Shown here in pieces: positions 39,601 through 53,300 of a stretch of 64,000 nucleotides of DNA. The number at the start of each line of letters is the position of its first letter. Position 1 is the stretch's first letter. Origin of the DNA: Haliotis cracherodii (Eukaryota); NCBI RefSeq assembly GCF_022045235.1, contig NW_027266267.1, forward strand, positions 38,750,001 through 38,814,000. The letters run 5' to 3'. The translations under genes and the position numbers were made by a program. The notes below the pieces were generated by a model that saw nothing but the letters and a program-made list of their open reading frames with translations, was not told where the DNA came from and did not search any database.

Positions 39601-42600
39601 ATGGCGGGCATGTGGTTGCTTACTGTTTGTAGTATACTGACCTGCGTCTCAATTATATCAGGAAAATATGCAGAGGGAACAATTGTCTCTTTGAAGGTGA
39701 GTGTTGCCCTTTTGAAATTATTGGTATTTGTTTCAATATTGAAGACAGGTTATTTAGCATAAGTCTGTCCTAAGTACACGCAGTTGGTCTGAATACAAAG
39801 AAAACCCACGCGGTTCCTTTCCAGGCGTGGGGACACAGGTGGTTCAGGCATCTTATCCGCCGCAAGTCTACATGCAATCAGAATCAGATTAATTATGATT
39901 CTTTGTGCGCTGGATTTTACTACAATCATAAACTTGGGGAATTTACATACTGTCATTNNNNNNNNNNNNNNNNNNNNNNNNNNNNNNNNNNNNNNNNNNN
40001 NNNNNNNNNNNNNNNNNNNNNNNNNNNNNNNNNNNNNNNNNNNNNNNNNNNNNNNNNNNNNNNNNNNNNNNNNNNNNNNNNNNNNNNNNNNNNNNCACTT
40101 AAAATGTGCTAACCTCCATGTAGAATTCCTGCTCAAAGCGCTACATTCAAAATGTCACTTTGAACAAATGTGTCTTTAGTTTTGCTTTGAAAGTCTGAAA
40201 TGTTGACGAAAGTCAAATCTCAAGTGAAAGATCAACTGAGACACTGTTCACAGCGTCCTCTACATCGACCCCCCCCCCCCCCCCCCCCCCCCACCCCATT
40301 TTGGATTTGGGTCATTATTTAAATAAACGTGTGTGTGATTGTCTATTGCAGGGCTGGGTCTTCATGGACAGCTTCCTCTTCCCCGCCGGCCTCGATGCCT
40401 CATTCACCTACAACATCTCCTATCCAAGGGTAAGTCATTCAACCGACATCAAGGCCTGTTTAAGCTACAACCTCGTCTACCAAAGGGTAAGTAACTCAAC
40501 CGACATCAAGGCCTATTTCAGTTACCACCTCGTCTACCCAAGGGTAAGTAACACAACCGACATCAAGGCCTATTTCAGCTACAACCTCGTCTGCCCAAGG
40601 CGTAAGTCACTCAACCGGCATCAAGGCCTATTTCAGCTACAACCTCGTCTGCCCAAGGCGTAAGTCACTCAACCGGCATCAAGGCCTATTTCAGCTACAA
40701 CCTCGCCTACCCAAGGTTGAGTCATTCAACCGACATCAGATGGTGAACATCTCAAGCAAACCTGTATTTGTTCAAGGATAAAACTAACTGAGACGCTGTT
40801 CTCATTATCATATTGGGATATGTATTTGAAGCAAATCTAATGCATTTCTTTCTTTCTTCGGCGATAAGCTGTTAAACGATTCAATTCCCATCATGTGTTC
40901 AATATGTGACTCTTCTGGAGTTCCCCTTCGTATTCTGCTCACATATTGCTAACATCAGAGTAAAGTCACCCTCATTGAACCTCTTAGATTTGGAGAGCAA
41001 AATTTCAAATTCATCCATTAATTATGTTAATCTATATAAATAAATGAGTAATGGCGAAATGTGTTGTTCACATTAAAGATTCATCACAATTTGAAAGTGA
41101 AAATAGGCTGAGGTCTCTTTGTATGCAAATCCGGCACGTCAATAAATATAGCTGCGGCATAATAAGTAATAATGGTACTTTTAGATTTCACATAGGGTTG
41201 GTTATAATGGGCAAAAACTGCCTATTACTTCTTGAACAAGTTCGTCTATTTTCACCACTTCACTAGTTACATCTCCTAAAAATGTCAGATTCACCAAAAA
41301 GATTTCTTGAACAACTTTTTAACATATTCACGCGAAACATTTGTGTCGTAACACGCGTGTGTTGAAATGAACGAACTATAGTTCTTATTCATGCGAACAT
41401 ATCTGAAAACTTTCTTAACCATTTCTAATTTGTTTTGCTCATTTCTTAAATTATGCAGATCATGTAGGGTAAAAAGTCCCTTTTCACATAGTGTCCCCAG
41501 AAGGACATCTGGACACCCTGATATTGATAAGTGATTTGTTGTTTTTATGGTTTGATGATACATAAAGCTACAAACCACATCATCTGCATCATTATTATAA
41601 TTATCACTACTTTTTAAATAAGTATTAAACAAATGTATAATCGTTACGTTCCTTTTGATTGTAGGTCTACATTGGATATGCACAGTTTTTGTCAAAAATA
41701 AGTTACCCTCTAAATAAAAAGCTCATTATCGTTTAGTATTTCCAAACTTTTGGAAGTTTAAATGACAATATCAAAGCATCAGCATAATGTAAGTGGTATT
41801 GAATAAAGAAACGATCCACTGACTTCTTGGTTGGATTGAGGTGACGATTCTAAACCTGACTGAGGACATCTTTAGATAGAAATCCACTGATGCTTGAGAG
41901 GAGGGGGTGTCGCATTCATATTAAGTCGCACTTTTGGCTAGGGTCCAGGGGTCGCATTCTTTTGGAGAAGCATTAATTTCACGATTTACAGTATATGTCC
42001 TTGTTTTACAGCAATACGCTCCAATGTTTCTGCTGTTCTATGGTGGAGAACAGTTTGATCAGGCCAACGATCCTCTCAAAGTGAGTCTCCCGTGATCAGA
42101 TCTACGGATATGCAAATCCTTAATATCAATTGTATTGCTATATAATACATTGGACTCGCATACTACCAAAACGAATACGTACATAGCATAGTTGAGACAG
42201 TCGGAATCGGTCTGGAAGACGGGATACATCTTCAGGAACTAGTTTTCGACATTGAGTACTGTACACAAAGAAGTGTGGAAAGCATTCAGACATGAATGTT
42301 TGAAAAGAGGGAACCGCATATGCTAGGGGATACTTTGTATTGGCAGAGAGGACACATGCGCTACGTTTACCCTGCTACCACGTGTACGATACTGTTACCG
42401 GTGGCAACCGACCATTTTATTCAGTCTGCATGTCAGGGAATACAAATTTATTCCGAGAAAGTAGAAGTCAAATATTGTTCTTTTACCCATAAGATCACAT
42501 GTCATCTTTAACAATACAAAAATGTTCCCACCTCTGAAAAATGTATATAAAGATCAACGCAAAGCTTACAAACTAAGCCATTCATGATATTCTTTTGAGA

Positions 42601-45293
42601 CGAAATATATTTTCAAACACACACATTATTTCCTATAATAGGAGGACCACACATTTGTTGACACACAACACTTTCTTGCCAGGTCATCCGAAATGTCCAG
42701 TTAACGATGTTTTTTCTGTTAAACCGTCAACCTTCCTTCTTCCAGTCATGTCAACAGAAGATCGCCCTCCTTCAGTACCCCTCCTATTCAAGGCAGATTC
42801 TCAGCCTGGACACCAGTAGACCCAGCTCGGGCTGTTACAACCGCTACGACCGGTTCAAAGGAGACTACGTCTTCTGTGTTGGTCGTTTCAACATAGATAT
42901 CGACAGCAGCTCTGGGTGGTTCGTGACCGCCAATCGGTGCGGGGATCAGAACGGCGTCACTGTGAGTTCTGTAACCTTGAGAATTATGTGCGTACTGTCT
43001 ACACCCGAATCTGGTATGATGAAAGTATGGGAATGCCCAGCAATCTGTTTCAAAACAGATTCGATAAAAATGCATTGTTATTGTGTAAATTATAGGCCAG
43101 TTGGCATCCACACATATAAGTTTTGAACACAGCTGCCTGAAGAAGTCTGTTTTAACTGTGGGCGTTCCCATACTTTTCTGAACGTATATATAACATAACT
43201 CAGGATCAAAATTTGACATTGTTGTATACAGAATGTTGACATATGAAATACCGAGTTATTAAAAAAATTGGGGCAAATAATGTTTATGCCCATTCTAACA
43301 CTATTGTTTGTAGAGTTGCTCTGTCAAGAGTTCTTGTTGCTTGTGAACATCCTTTGTGATGTATACTCAGAGTTGCCGCAACATGATGTTGTCACTTTTA
43401 ACACTTGGTAAGAACAGTGACAGAATTTACCGTAACGAAAAACAATCCATATGAAAGCCCTTCCTGACCTGTGTGTTGGTCATGCCAAACGAGTGGTTTC
43501 AGAGGCAAGTCATCACAATCAGCAGTGAGTGTGTCGACCTTGTGCATTGAGACAGGTCTTTAACCTTCGTTTCATTGAAGCAACTAAACGTTGAAGAATT
43601 GTCAGGGGAATGACATTCAAAATCTGAGGTATGATAAGCCGGTGACGTTGTTGGCGGAACTGGAAGAAGTCGCAAACGTCATTCCATTTCATCCCACACA
43701 TGTTCGGTTTGTGTCAGATCAGGGGATGGTTAACGCTTTTAGCAATATTCCAGCAATATCACGGCGGAGGACACCAGAAATGGGCTTCACACATTGTACC
43801 CATGTCGGGAATCGAATCCGGGTCTTCGGCGTGACGAGCGAACGCCTTAACCACTTGGCTACCCGACCGCCCCGTTAACACATTAACATTGAGAAAGAAA
43901 CGTGCTGCACTGACGTGCTGTCCACTGCGTGTATCGACGTTGATGTCTGACTGGGCATCTCGCACGGATGTTGTAGATGCGTAGACGTCGTCGGACTGTC
44001 CTCTAAAATACGTCTCTTTTGCCAGGTATGGTACGGGCTTTGAACGCCTGGACCTTTGTCGAAGCTGCGTAAAACGAATACATATGTCTTGGTGAGAGGT
44101 TATGACGGGTGGGCGGCCATTTCGATACAGTCTCGGAGGGTGGTGTTTCGTTGTTAACGGCGCCATAAATGTGGAAGTTGAATTGACGTGCGTGGTTAGA
44201 GGTACATATGACACGCCATCAGTCATTTTCATTTAGGCGTGGAATGGTGATATCTCAGGAAAACCATTAGTGGCGTAGACTGTCAGTGGTAAGGGATTGT
44301 ATGTCTGTCCTTTAAAGCAGTTATTCCCTAATAGTCGTTACTTCTTGCACAAACATGCAATATCAGCGACGGTGGTTAATTAGCTTCTTCGAGTTACTCG
44401 TATATCAGAACTATTTTCACTGGTTCCAATCCAGAAATTAATGTAAAGATCTGCAAGTGAAAATAAATCCACGTCATGACAGCTTTCACCTTTGGTAATA
44501 TTTTGCTTTGCGTTGCAGAGGTGTTAATATTTTCCCTTCGAGTGAAACATGATCCTCACACAAATAATGTTTACAATTACGTAATCGTATGGTCTTAATC
44601 TGCTCTTTGGTATAGTAGCCAAACTGGCACCGTGTCTCACCATGTCTGTGGTGTTCCGATGAACATGGTGTGGATGATGGGGGCGTCCTATAACTTTACG
44701 TATTCTTCACAGCATTTACTCTGTTTATTTGGGACGCCTCCGTGGTCTTGTGGTAGAGCGTCCGTCCGGAGAGCGGAAGGTCCAGGGTTCGTTCCCCGAC
44801 CGCGTCATACCAAAAGACGTAAAAAGATGGTACTTGTTGTTACCCTGTCTGGCGCTCGGCATTAAGGGCTAAAACAAGGACTGGTCGGCTCGGAGTCAGT
44901 ATACTGTGTCTGAGTGGGGTATTCATGTTAAACTGCGGCATGGTATCTCAGTCGGCTAGCACTATAAATCGGCATAAGTCCGGACTAGTACAAGCAGCCA
45001 CACACACACGTGCACGTCGCTATAAAAGTGCAACAATCTTGGACGCGACGTTTAATCCAATTTCACCTCACATCACCTGTTTATTGGGCTGGTGTATTCG
45101 GGTGTACTAACATACTGTTTTGATTTTGGTGTATTCTTTTCTTCTCCAGGGTTTACACCTGCAGTACCGTATCGAAGGCAGTGTGGGCGTCGACAAGGAT
45201 CAGGTTTTCCCCTTTCACTCCGGTGAAGGGAGGGTCACTATTCCAGCCGTGACATTCATCATGATGGTAGCCCTTGGACAGGTCATTGTTTGA
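39601..45293 (+). CDS. TMEM145/GPR180 N-terminal domain-only protein, predicted GPI-anchored, divergent paralog C (200 aa); exons 39601-39696, 40352-40429, 42012-42080, 42746-42961, 45150-45293
   Basis: GT-AG phase-0 introns, exon sizes 96/78/69/216/144. Protein: MAGMWLLTVCSILTCVSIISG-KYAEGTIVSLK/GWVFMDSFLF...FTYNISYPR/QYAPMFLLFY...LK/SCQQKIALL...RQILSL...SGC...FC...WFVTANRCGDQNGVT/GLHLQYRIEG...HSGEGRVTIPAVTFIMMVALGQVIV*. The motifs KYxxG, WVF, YP, QIxxL, SGC, W-F/Y-xxxxxCG and GLxLxY parallel TMEM145. Confidence 0.88.
40400..40737 (+). repeat. 57-58-bp tandem repeat of the exon 2 / intron 2 junction of paralog C
   Basis: GTAAGT donors at 40430, 40487, 40544, 40602 and 40660; each is preceded by a copy of the exon end. 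Confidence 0.9.
43519..44230 (-). pseudogene. Decayed Tc1-like transposase with an inserted SINE
   Basis: GRPPVITSHQDICIRFTQLRQR near the N-terminus and IPLTILQRLVASMKRRLKTCLNAQGRHT at the C-terminus. Confidence 0.7.
44731..45071 (+). mobile_element. tRNA-headed SINE (~340 bp) with a Meta/MESC-like core and (CACCT)n tail
   Basis: A/B boxes followed by gtcataccaaaagacgtaaaaagatggtacttg. Other copies at 16212-16558(-) and 18892-19241(-), with a fragment at 5085-5129. Confidence 0.78.
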
Positions 45294-45307
45294 GACGCAG
45301 GACAACA

Positions 45308-45610
45308 CACAGCAAAAAAAGTGTAGGTTTCCGTTTTCCGGAAACCTTCCGGAAACCTTCCGGATACCTTCCCTCTTTGGATCCGGCCCGGAAACCGCCC
45401 GGAAACCTTCATGATACCTTCAGCACCCTTCAATTTTCTTGGTAATTTTCAGACACATTTTTATATTCTTCACACTTAATTGAACAAAATGCACCCCCAA
45501 AATATTGACATTTTTTTTGAAGGTTTCTGGAAGGTATCCGGGCCGGGTCCAAAATGGGAGGGTATCCGGAAGGTTTCCGGAGAACGGAAACCTACACTTT
45601 TTTTGCTGTG
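45308..45610. mobile_element. MITE with ~100-bp TIRs, CAC...GTG termini and 3-bp TSD (CMC/CACTA-like), in the 3'UTR of paralog C
   Basis: aca|cacagcaaaaaaagtgtaggtttccg ... cggaaacctacactttttttgctgtg|aca. Confidence 0.85.
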
Positions 45611-46790
45611 ACATCTGACCATCAGGAAAATATTGAGACAAAGGAAACCAGGCTTTTATGTCTGTATCGTCATGATGCAGCAGAATCGTGATGAATAAAA
45701 TATACGAACATGTATCAACACTTGGCTTCCTCAAGTTTGTATTTAACTCGTGCCTGGATACACTAGCATACATACAGAAAACATATACAGGGTATCCAAC
45801 ACAACAGAATTGACCTTAAGCAGCAGTCATATCATCACTTGACATTTGTATTATATCATGAGATATTGTTCGCCATGGTAAAAATACACAAAATGGGCAC
45901 TGGTCCACGATTGGTCAAATGAGGCCCAAATTCATTTCAAATGGTATGTTTGCACTGCACTCTTTAATCTTGATATGCCGAAAACTTGACATAACTTATT
46001 TCTAGTGACTTGATTGGTTAAAGAAATTTCCACGTGTGAGGTTTCAGTCGTGTTCTTTTTAACAAAATTCGAATTCGGTTTCGTGTGAAAACTTCGGCTG
46101 GTTGGCACTCCCAGCAAATTTGATTTTAGTCCCCCGCGATCGATTTCAATTTGTCTTGAACTTGAAGACAAGTCGAACTTGAATGTGTATGTTAAGCTAC
46201 TTGTGCATGATTCAGCAGACAAAATGGCTCAGTCTCACATATAGAACAAACTACAATGCTTACATGTATTACCAGTGGTAAAAAGAAGAGGCATTTAATA
46301 ATTATTAAGCACATACTGTAAAGCCCTTCAGGATTACCATGCCGATTGTCGTCATTCTCTGTTAAAGTATGGACCTAGCAATCGCCAAAGCTCGGAAATC
46401 GACTCGTTGTCCATGCATCATAATGTCCCTTCATGGTTTTCACTGACTTTGCGTAATACAAGAGATCGTTTGAGGTGACAAGATTTTCAATATGAAAATC
46501 ACTATGTCTCAGAAGTGGCAATAAAATCCTTCATCACAATTCCTTTAATTCAGTCTATATGAATAATATTCATAACGCAGGTGTTTTTCATCTGCAATGT
46601 GCACTGGCTGATGCGGAGAAGGGGGATGGAGAGGAGAGGGAGGGGGAGTGGCAGGGATTCGCAGTCATGACAATGATGTCGACGTCGTATGTTGAAATGC
46701 TCAAGTTAGTCAAATTACACTAACATTACATATTGAAAGACACAGCAAGAAACTATTTTCTAGCTGTTCGTATTGAGCTCTCTCTCTCTG

Positions 46791-46821
<31 letters not shown>

Positions 46822-47344
46822 CTCTTGTACACTTAAATGTAAATGAAAACGTACACATAGCATCCGTCTTTATCACTATTCTTTTCATATTAACCACAGA
46901 AAAAAACACTTTAAGATTATTGTTGTGCAAATATATTTCTATGTGTTTTTCATATTGATCAGTAAATATCATCCGATGAATGTTTAATGCAAAGCAGGAG
47001 AATTCAAAAGCATTGTTGTGTTTGTAACGACACTTTTCTACCAACCGAGCAGGTGACCCAACCTTATTAGTTCATGTTTTGTACTCGATTGTCGATTGTA
47101 GTTGTGAGCAATAAACTAGAGAATTCTAAATATTTTTATTTCTTATTATGTCAAGGTTTAACGTATATCAGGAAAGGTATACGGTAGTAATCAACTAAGA
47201 TCAGGGAAAGGTTGCTATAGTGTGGTGAAACAAATTAACCCATTAACGTTTATTGCAAGTTGCCGAGTGCGTTCGGGATTATGTTACATGCTTTCACCGT
47301 TATAAGACCAACGACCGACTAACTTAACAACAGGGTTAAACAAC

Positions 47345-50300
47345 ATGGACGTGGGCTGTGTTCCTCTCGGGTTGTTGCTGGTGGGGGTTTCCGCAACTTG
47401 TGTCATAGCAAGCCAGATCTACGTGGATGATTTTGATACTGACGAAAGCAATATGGCTGCAGGTTAGTGAGATAACAACAACAACAACAACAACAACAAC
47501 AATAATGTCAATATGAAATGTGGGTTATGTCATGAATTTAATGAGACTGTCCAAAACATTTTCCTTGGATTATTTGGCACAAACACAGTATCTTAAGCGA
47601 CATGATGGGGTGGCTCGATCATTTTACTACCGTCCTCACCATGCTTGTGGTTTTCACACAGAGGTCCATCAATGATACGACCCGGACTATGTAGAGGGCG
47701 TCATGGAACATGATAAATACAAAATTCTGAGGAAGAGGCCTGATCTTGTCCTTTTTGATAAATCCAATGAAAGCATTTATATTATTGAATTGTGACACCA
47801 AAGTGATTGACAAGATTGAGGAAAAACATGGCAAATATTCGGATCGCGCTTTCGAAATGTCACACTTGCATACCAAGTACCAAGTTGTCCGACTTCCCAT
47901 TGTTTTCGGTGCGTTAGATTTGGTCCCTCCGAATCTGTTGACTGACATTGGGAGAGTACCCGGGTTTGCTACCAGGAATACAGCCCTTCTGATAATCTGG
48001 GTAATGCAGAAGGCTGCAGTGTTGGGGAGTCTTCACATTCTCCGAAAAGTTCTGGGTGGGTTTTACTGGGCAGCGCTTCCTGGGAGAAGTCCCATTCGCT
48101 GTCTGGGCTGCGTGTAGAGGGGGCAAGGGCCCTGAGCTGATGATGAGCCTAACCAGCCTGACTGTGCCAGGATCACCCAAACCCTCTTTGCTGAACTCGA
48201 ACTCGGTAATAGCTATTTGATGACAATTATCTGATTAACGTAACATAAGATGCCTAAAAGAAGTCATCGTGCAGCCAGTATTAACGCAAAGACGTATGCA
48301 TTTAAGGTGAAAATGAGCGTCGAGACATATTATAAAATTTAGGTTTTGTCTCTAATTTTCGTAATGTGTTAACAGGGACAGATCGATTGAACGATATTGA
48401 CATTCGCGTGGCTGTACTGGAAAGAAAGCTTGGTAAGATATAATCTTTTTTCAGTATATTAGCAGTTGATTGTTTGTTTTGTTTGTTTGTTGTTTGGTTT
48501 AACGCCGCAAGCAGGAATATTCCAGCTGTATGATGGCGCTCTGTAAATAATTGCGTCTGGACCAGACAATCCAGTGACCGACATCATGAGCATCGATCCA
48601 CGCAATTGGGATACGATGACATGCATCAACCAAGTCAGCGAGCCTGACAACCCGATCCCGTTAGTCGCCTTTTTCGACAAGCTTGGGTTGCTGATAACCT
48701 TCATATCTGTAGCCCAGTGAGTGTACCACCAGGCTGCAGCCGCGCTGATGAATCACAATGCTTCAAAAAGTACCCGTACGCCAGCAACAGATGTTTTACG
48801 CCCGTTTCCTAATGTTCATGTAAAGTATGTATGAAACATAAAAGTGTTGATAAATGTTGTTTTAAGTTTCTGTTTTCGTTTTATAAGTTGGAAAAAACTC
48901 ACCAACGTAACTTTTTGAGATTTAAAACCCTCATACGCGGGATAAAAACCTCGATGCTGACGCCCCTCGGTCTTATCCCTTGGATTCGAGTTTTAACTCT
49001 CATAAAAACCATGCGACATGATACGTCCTGCACTTAAAGTGTGGCGAATCAATGTTGTACAAGCATGGATGTTTCCCCACCTCTTGTATCAACATTGCGC
49101 CATCAGTGTGGGTGAGAGTGAGTGTGGTTTTACGCCGCTTTTAGCAATATTCCAGCAACTTGACGGCGGGAATGGGCTTCACACATTGTACCCATGTCGG
49201 GAATCGAACCCGGGTCTTCGGCGTGACGAACGAACGCTTTAATCACTAGGTTACCGGACCGCCCCGCGCCATCAGGGTGTGACTTCTACATTATTTTGTC
49301 CAACATTCACTCACTCTTGAACATAAAAATCATATCTCCGCAAAAATATTTGGCTCTTCTTTTAAAATATAAAGCTGCCAGGTGTACTCAGAAAGGCAAG
49401 GGGTTGGTGGTCGAAATAAATTGAAATGTTTTGCGGGCCAGGGAACATAAAACATGAATGAAAATTATAATTGGGAGGTCAGGCTCGCTGACTTGGTTCA
49501 TGCATGCCATTGTATCCCAATATCCTAGATGTCAATCACTAGATTGACCCTGGTTCGATTCCCGACATGGGTACAATGTGTGAAACCCATTTGTGGAGTC
49601 CCCCGCCGTGATATTGCTGGAATATTGCTAAAAGCGGCGTAAAACCTCACTCACTCACTGCATTGTCTGATCCAGACTCGATTATTTACAGACCGCCGTC
49701 ATATAGCAGGAATATTACTGAATGATATGACCCTAAGGCACATATCATTTTATGAACCCAGAAGTGCCCTTGGGTCAAATCAAGTCACGAGAAAACAGGG
49801 TATTGTTTCCGTCATCCGGACGGCACTGCTGACGTCATTCGAATCTTATTTTGACGAGAGGTCGGAATGACGTCACACTAGAAACAACGTCATGGCTGAA
49901 GAATGTTGACGTCATTCGACAAATTGTGGTTCCGCTGCTGTTGCGACTTGTTGTCCTTAACCCTCTGGATGATGAGTTTTTTTCTGACGCACATTTTCCT
50001 AAGATCGAAAAAGGACATATATGTCCCTCTGGCATCCAGGGGGTTAAGTAATCGTACATCGGCCGGACAATCCAGTGATTGACACCATGAGCATTGATCT
50101 ACGCAAATGGTTTACGATGACATGCATCAACCAAGTGTTCAACGCCGCAGTCATCAATATTCTAGCTATATGACCAGAGAACCGCTAAAATTCGTATCTG
50201 TATGTAGACATCTTCTTCAGTAATAGACAGAACATTATATTCGTCTTCATGTCATACTATGTTTACGACACTCGTACCTACATTGCGGGATTTCCGTCGG

Positions 50301-53300
50301 ACTCGCTCGGGAAATACCGGAATTTAGACACTCGTGTCATAAACAGTATGACATGAGGACATACAATATCCTCTATAGCTCTTCAGCAACCCATGTTTGC
50401 TGTAAAAGGCGACTAAGCTTGTCGTAAAAGGCGACTAACGGGATCGGGTGGTCAGGCTCGCTGACTTGGTTGATGCATGTCATCGTATCCCATTTGCATT
50501 GATCGATGCTCATGATATCAATCACTTGATTGTCTGGTCAAGACTCGATTATTTACAGACCGCCGTCATATAGCTGGGATATTGCTGAATGCGGCGTAAA
50601 ACAACCAACCAACTATTCAAGGCATAGACATGCGTTACGAACGCCCTTCTAATCCCAAAAGGGGAAGTACACAGCAGTGTAAGAAGATTTTTTTTTATGA
50701 TTTTTTTTATCAGCGACGTTGACGACTGAATGTGGCCAACCTCCTGCCAAAGACGGAGCATTGGTTGTGCATACATCAACACAACTCAACGGCGTGGCCA
50801 GGTACACATGCAGAGAAGGAACCACGCGCACAGGTCCAGGTCGAGAGACTGATGTTTCACTGTGTACGAAGTCAGGCCTTTGGACACGGTTGGACTTGAA
50901 ATGTTGTAACGGTAAGTCCTATACAGACTGCCGAAGCTAAGTTTGCGCTGTACAGTTAAATCACCCACCCTACAGCCCAGACTAGCCCCCAGTGACTATT
51001 TCCTGTTCCGGCAAATGAAATCTGCCCTTCGTGGAAGACGCTTCCAGGATGACAAGGACATAAAGTATGCCACAGAAGCGTGGTTAGAGGGCCAATCTGC
51101 GGATTTCTCTAAAAGTGTTTTTTCAAAGCTTGAAGGACAAATGGAATAAGTGTATTGAGGTGAATGAAGATTATATTGAAAAATAAAAATGCAAAAGATC
51201 TTCTGCGACTTGGTTTTATATTGAAGTTGCAAAACTTATTGAACGCCCCTCGTAGCTACCAGTGGTGAAACTCATATATACGATAGAAAGCCACACCTGA
51301 TACCGTTCTTAGAATGTAACCAGATTTGTTAAACCCTTGAGCGCGGGCAGGGTTAAATCAACGATCGTTATCAGGGAAAACCTGAACTTGACCCAAGAAT
51401 ATAAGATGATGGAGCGTCAAAGTGACCCAACTCGTTAACCACTGGAGCAGTAGTCAAATTATAGATTGAAAGCCTGTCTCTGTAGCTTCATACGGATAAA
51501 GAACTGGAATGGCATTAGCTAGATCATCCCCGTATTTGAAATGAAGAATATTGGAATGATAGGCACAAGAATTCTTTCAGCGGTGTTGGGTGGCAAGTCA
51601 GCCCAAATTCGATTCCCCGCATTGGTATTCATATCGGAATCCTTTGAACCACTTCATGGCTGTGGTATTAAAAGAAGCGGCGAAAAACATAATCACAAAC
51701 TCCTTCACTTACATGGACACGAATGACAAACTCCTTCACTTACACAAACATGAATGACAAACTCCTTCACTTACATGAGACACGAATGACAAACTCGTTC
51801 ACTTACACAAACATGAATGACAAACTCCTTCACTTACACAGACACGAATGACAAACTCCTTCACTTACACAGACATGAATGACAAACTCCTTCACTTACA
51901 CAGACACGAATGACAAACTCCTTCACTTACACAGACACGAATGACCAACTCCTTCACTTACACAGACATGAATGACAAACTCCTTCACTTACACAGACAT
52001 GAATGACAATCTCCTTCACTTACACGGACACGAATGACAAACTCCTTCACTTACACAAACACAAATGACAAACTCCTTCACTAACACAGACACGAATGAC
52101 AAACTCCTTCACTTACACAGACACGAATGACAAACTCCTTCACTTACATGGACATGAATGACAAACTCCATCACTTACACAGACACGAATGACAAACTCC
52201 TTCACATACACAGACATGAATGACATACTCCTTCACTTACACAGACACGAATGACACACTCCTTCACTTACACAGACACGATTGACAATCTCCTTCACTT
52301 ACACAGACACGAATGACAAACTCCTTCACTTACACAGACACGAATGACAAACTCCTTCACTTACGCAGACACGAATGACAAACTCCTTCAATTACACAGA
52401 CACGAATGACAAACTCCTTCACTTACACAAACATGAATGACAAACTCCTTCACTAACACAGACACGAATGACAAACTCCTTCATTTACACAGACACGAAT
52501 GAAAAACTCCTTCACTTACACAGACATGAATGACAAACTCCTTCACTAACACAGACATGAATCACAAACTCCTTCACTTACACAGACATGAATGACAAAC
52601 TCCTTCACTAACACAGACATGAATCACAAACTCGTTCACTTACACAGACACGAATGAAAAACTCCTTCACTTACACAGACACGAATGACAAACTCCTTCA
52701 CTTACACAGACATGAATGACAAACTCCTTCACTTACACGGACATGAATGACAAATTCCTTCACTTACACAGACACGAATGGCAAACTCCTTCACTTACAC
52801 AGACACGAATGACAAACTCCTTCACTTACACAGACACGAATGGCAAACTCCTTCACTTACACAGACACGAATGACAAACTCCTTCACTTACACAGACACG
52901 AATGACAAACTCCTTCACTTACACAGACATGAATGACAAACTCCTTCACTTACACAGACATGAATGACAAACTCCTCCTCTTACACAGACACAAATGACA
53001 AACTCCTTCACTTACAGAGACAAGAATGACAAACTCCTTCTCTTACACAGACAAAAATGACAAACTCCTTCATTTACACAGACACGAATGACAAACTCCT
53101 TCAATTACACAAACATGAATGACAAACTCCTTCACTTACACAAACATGAATGACAAACTCCTTCACTTACACAGACACGAATGACAAACTCCTTCACTTA
53201 CACAGACACGAATGACAAACTCCTTCACTTGCACAAACATGAATGACAAACTCCTTCACTTACACAGACACGAATGACAAACTCCTTCACTTACACAGAC

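Noticed and set aside
41291-41695. 134-aa minus-strand ORF with faint resemblance to transposon-associated XPG-like nuclease fragments
   Set aside because: Too degenerate to support a call without a profile search.
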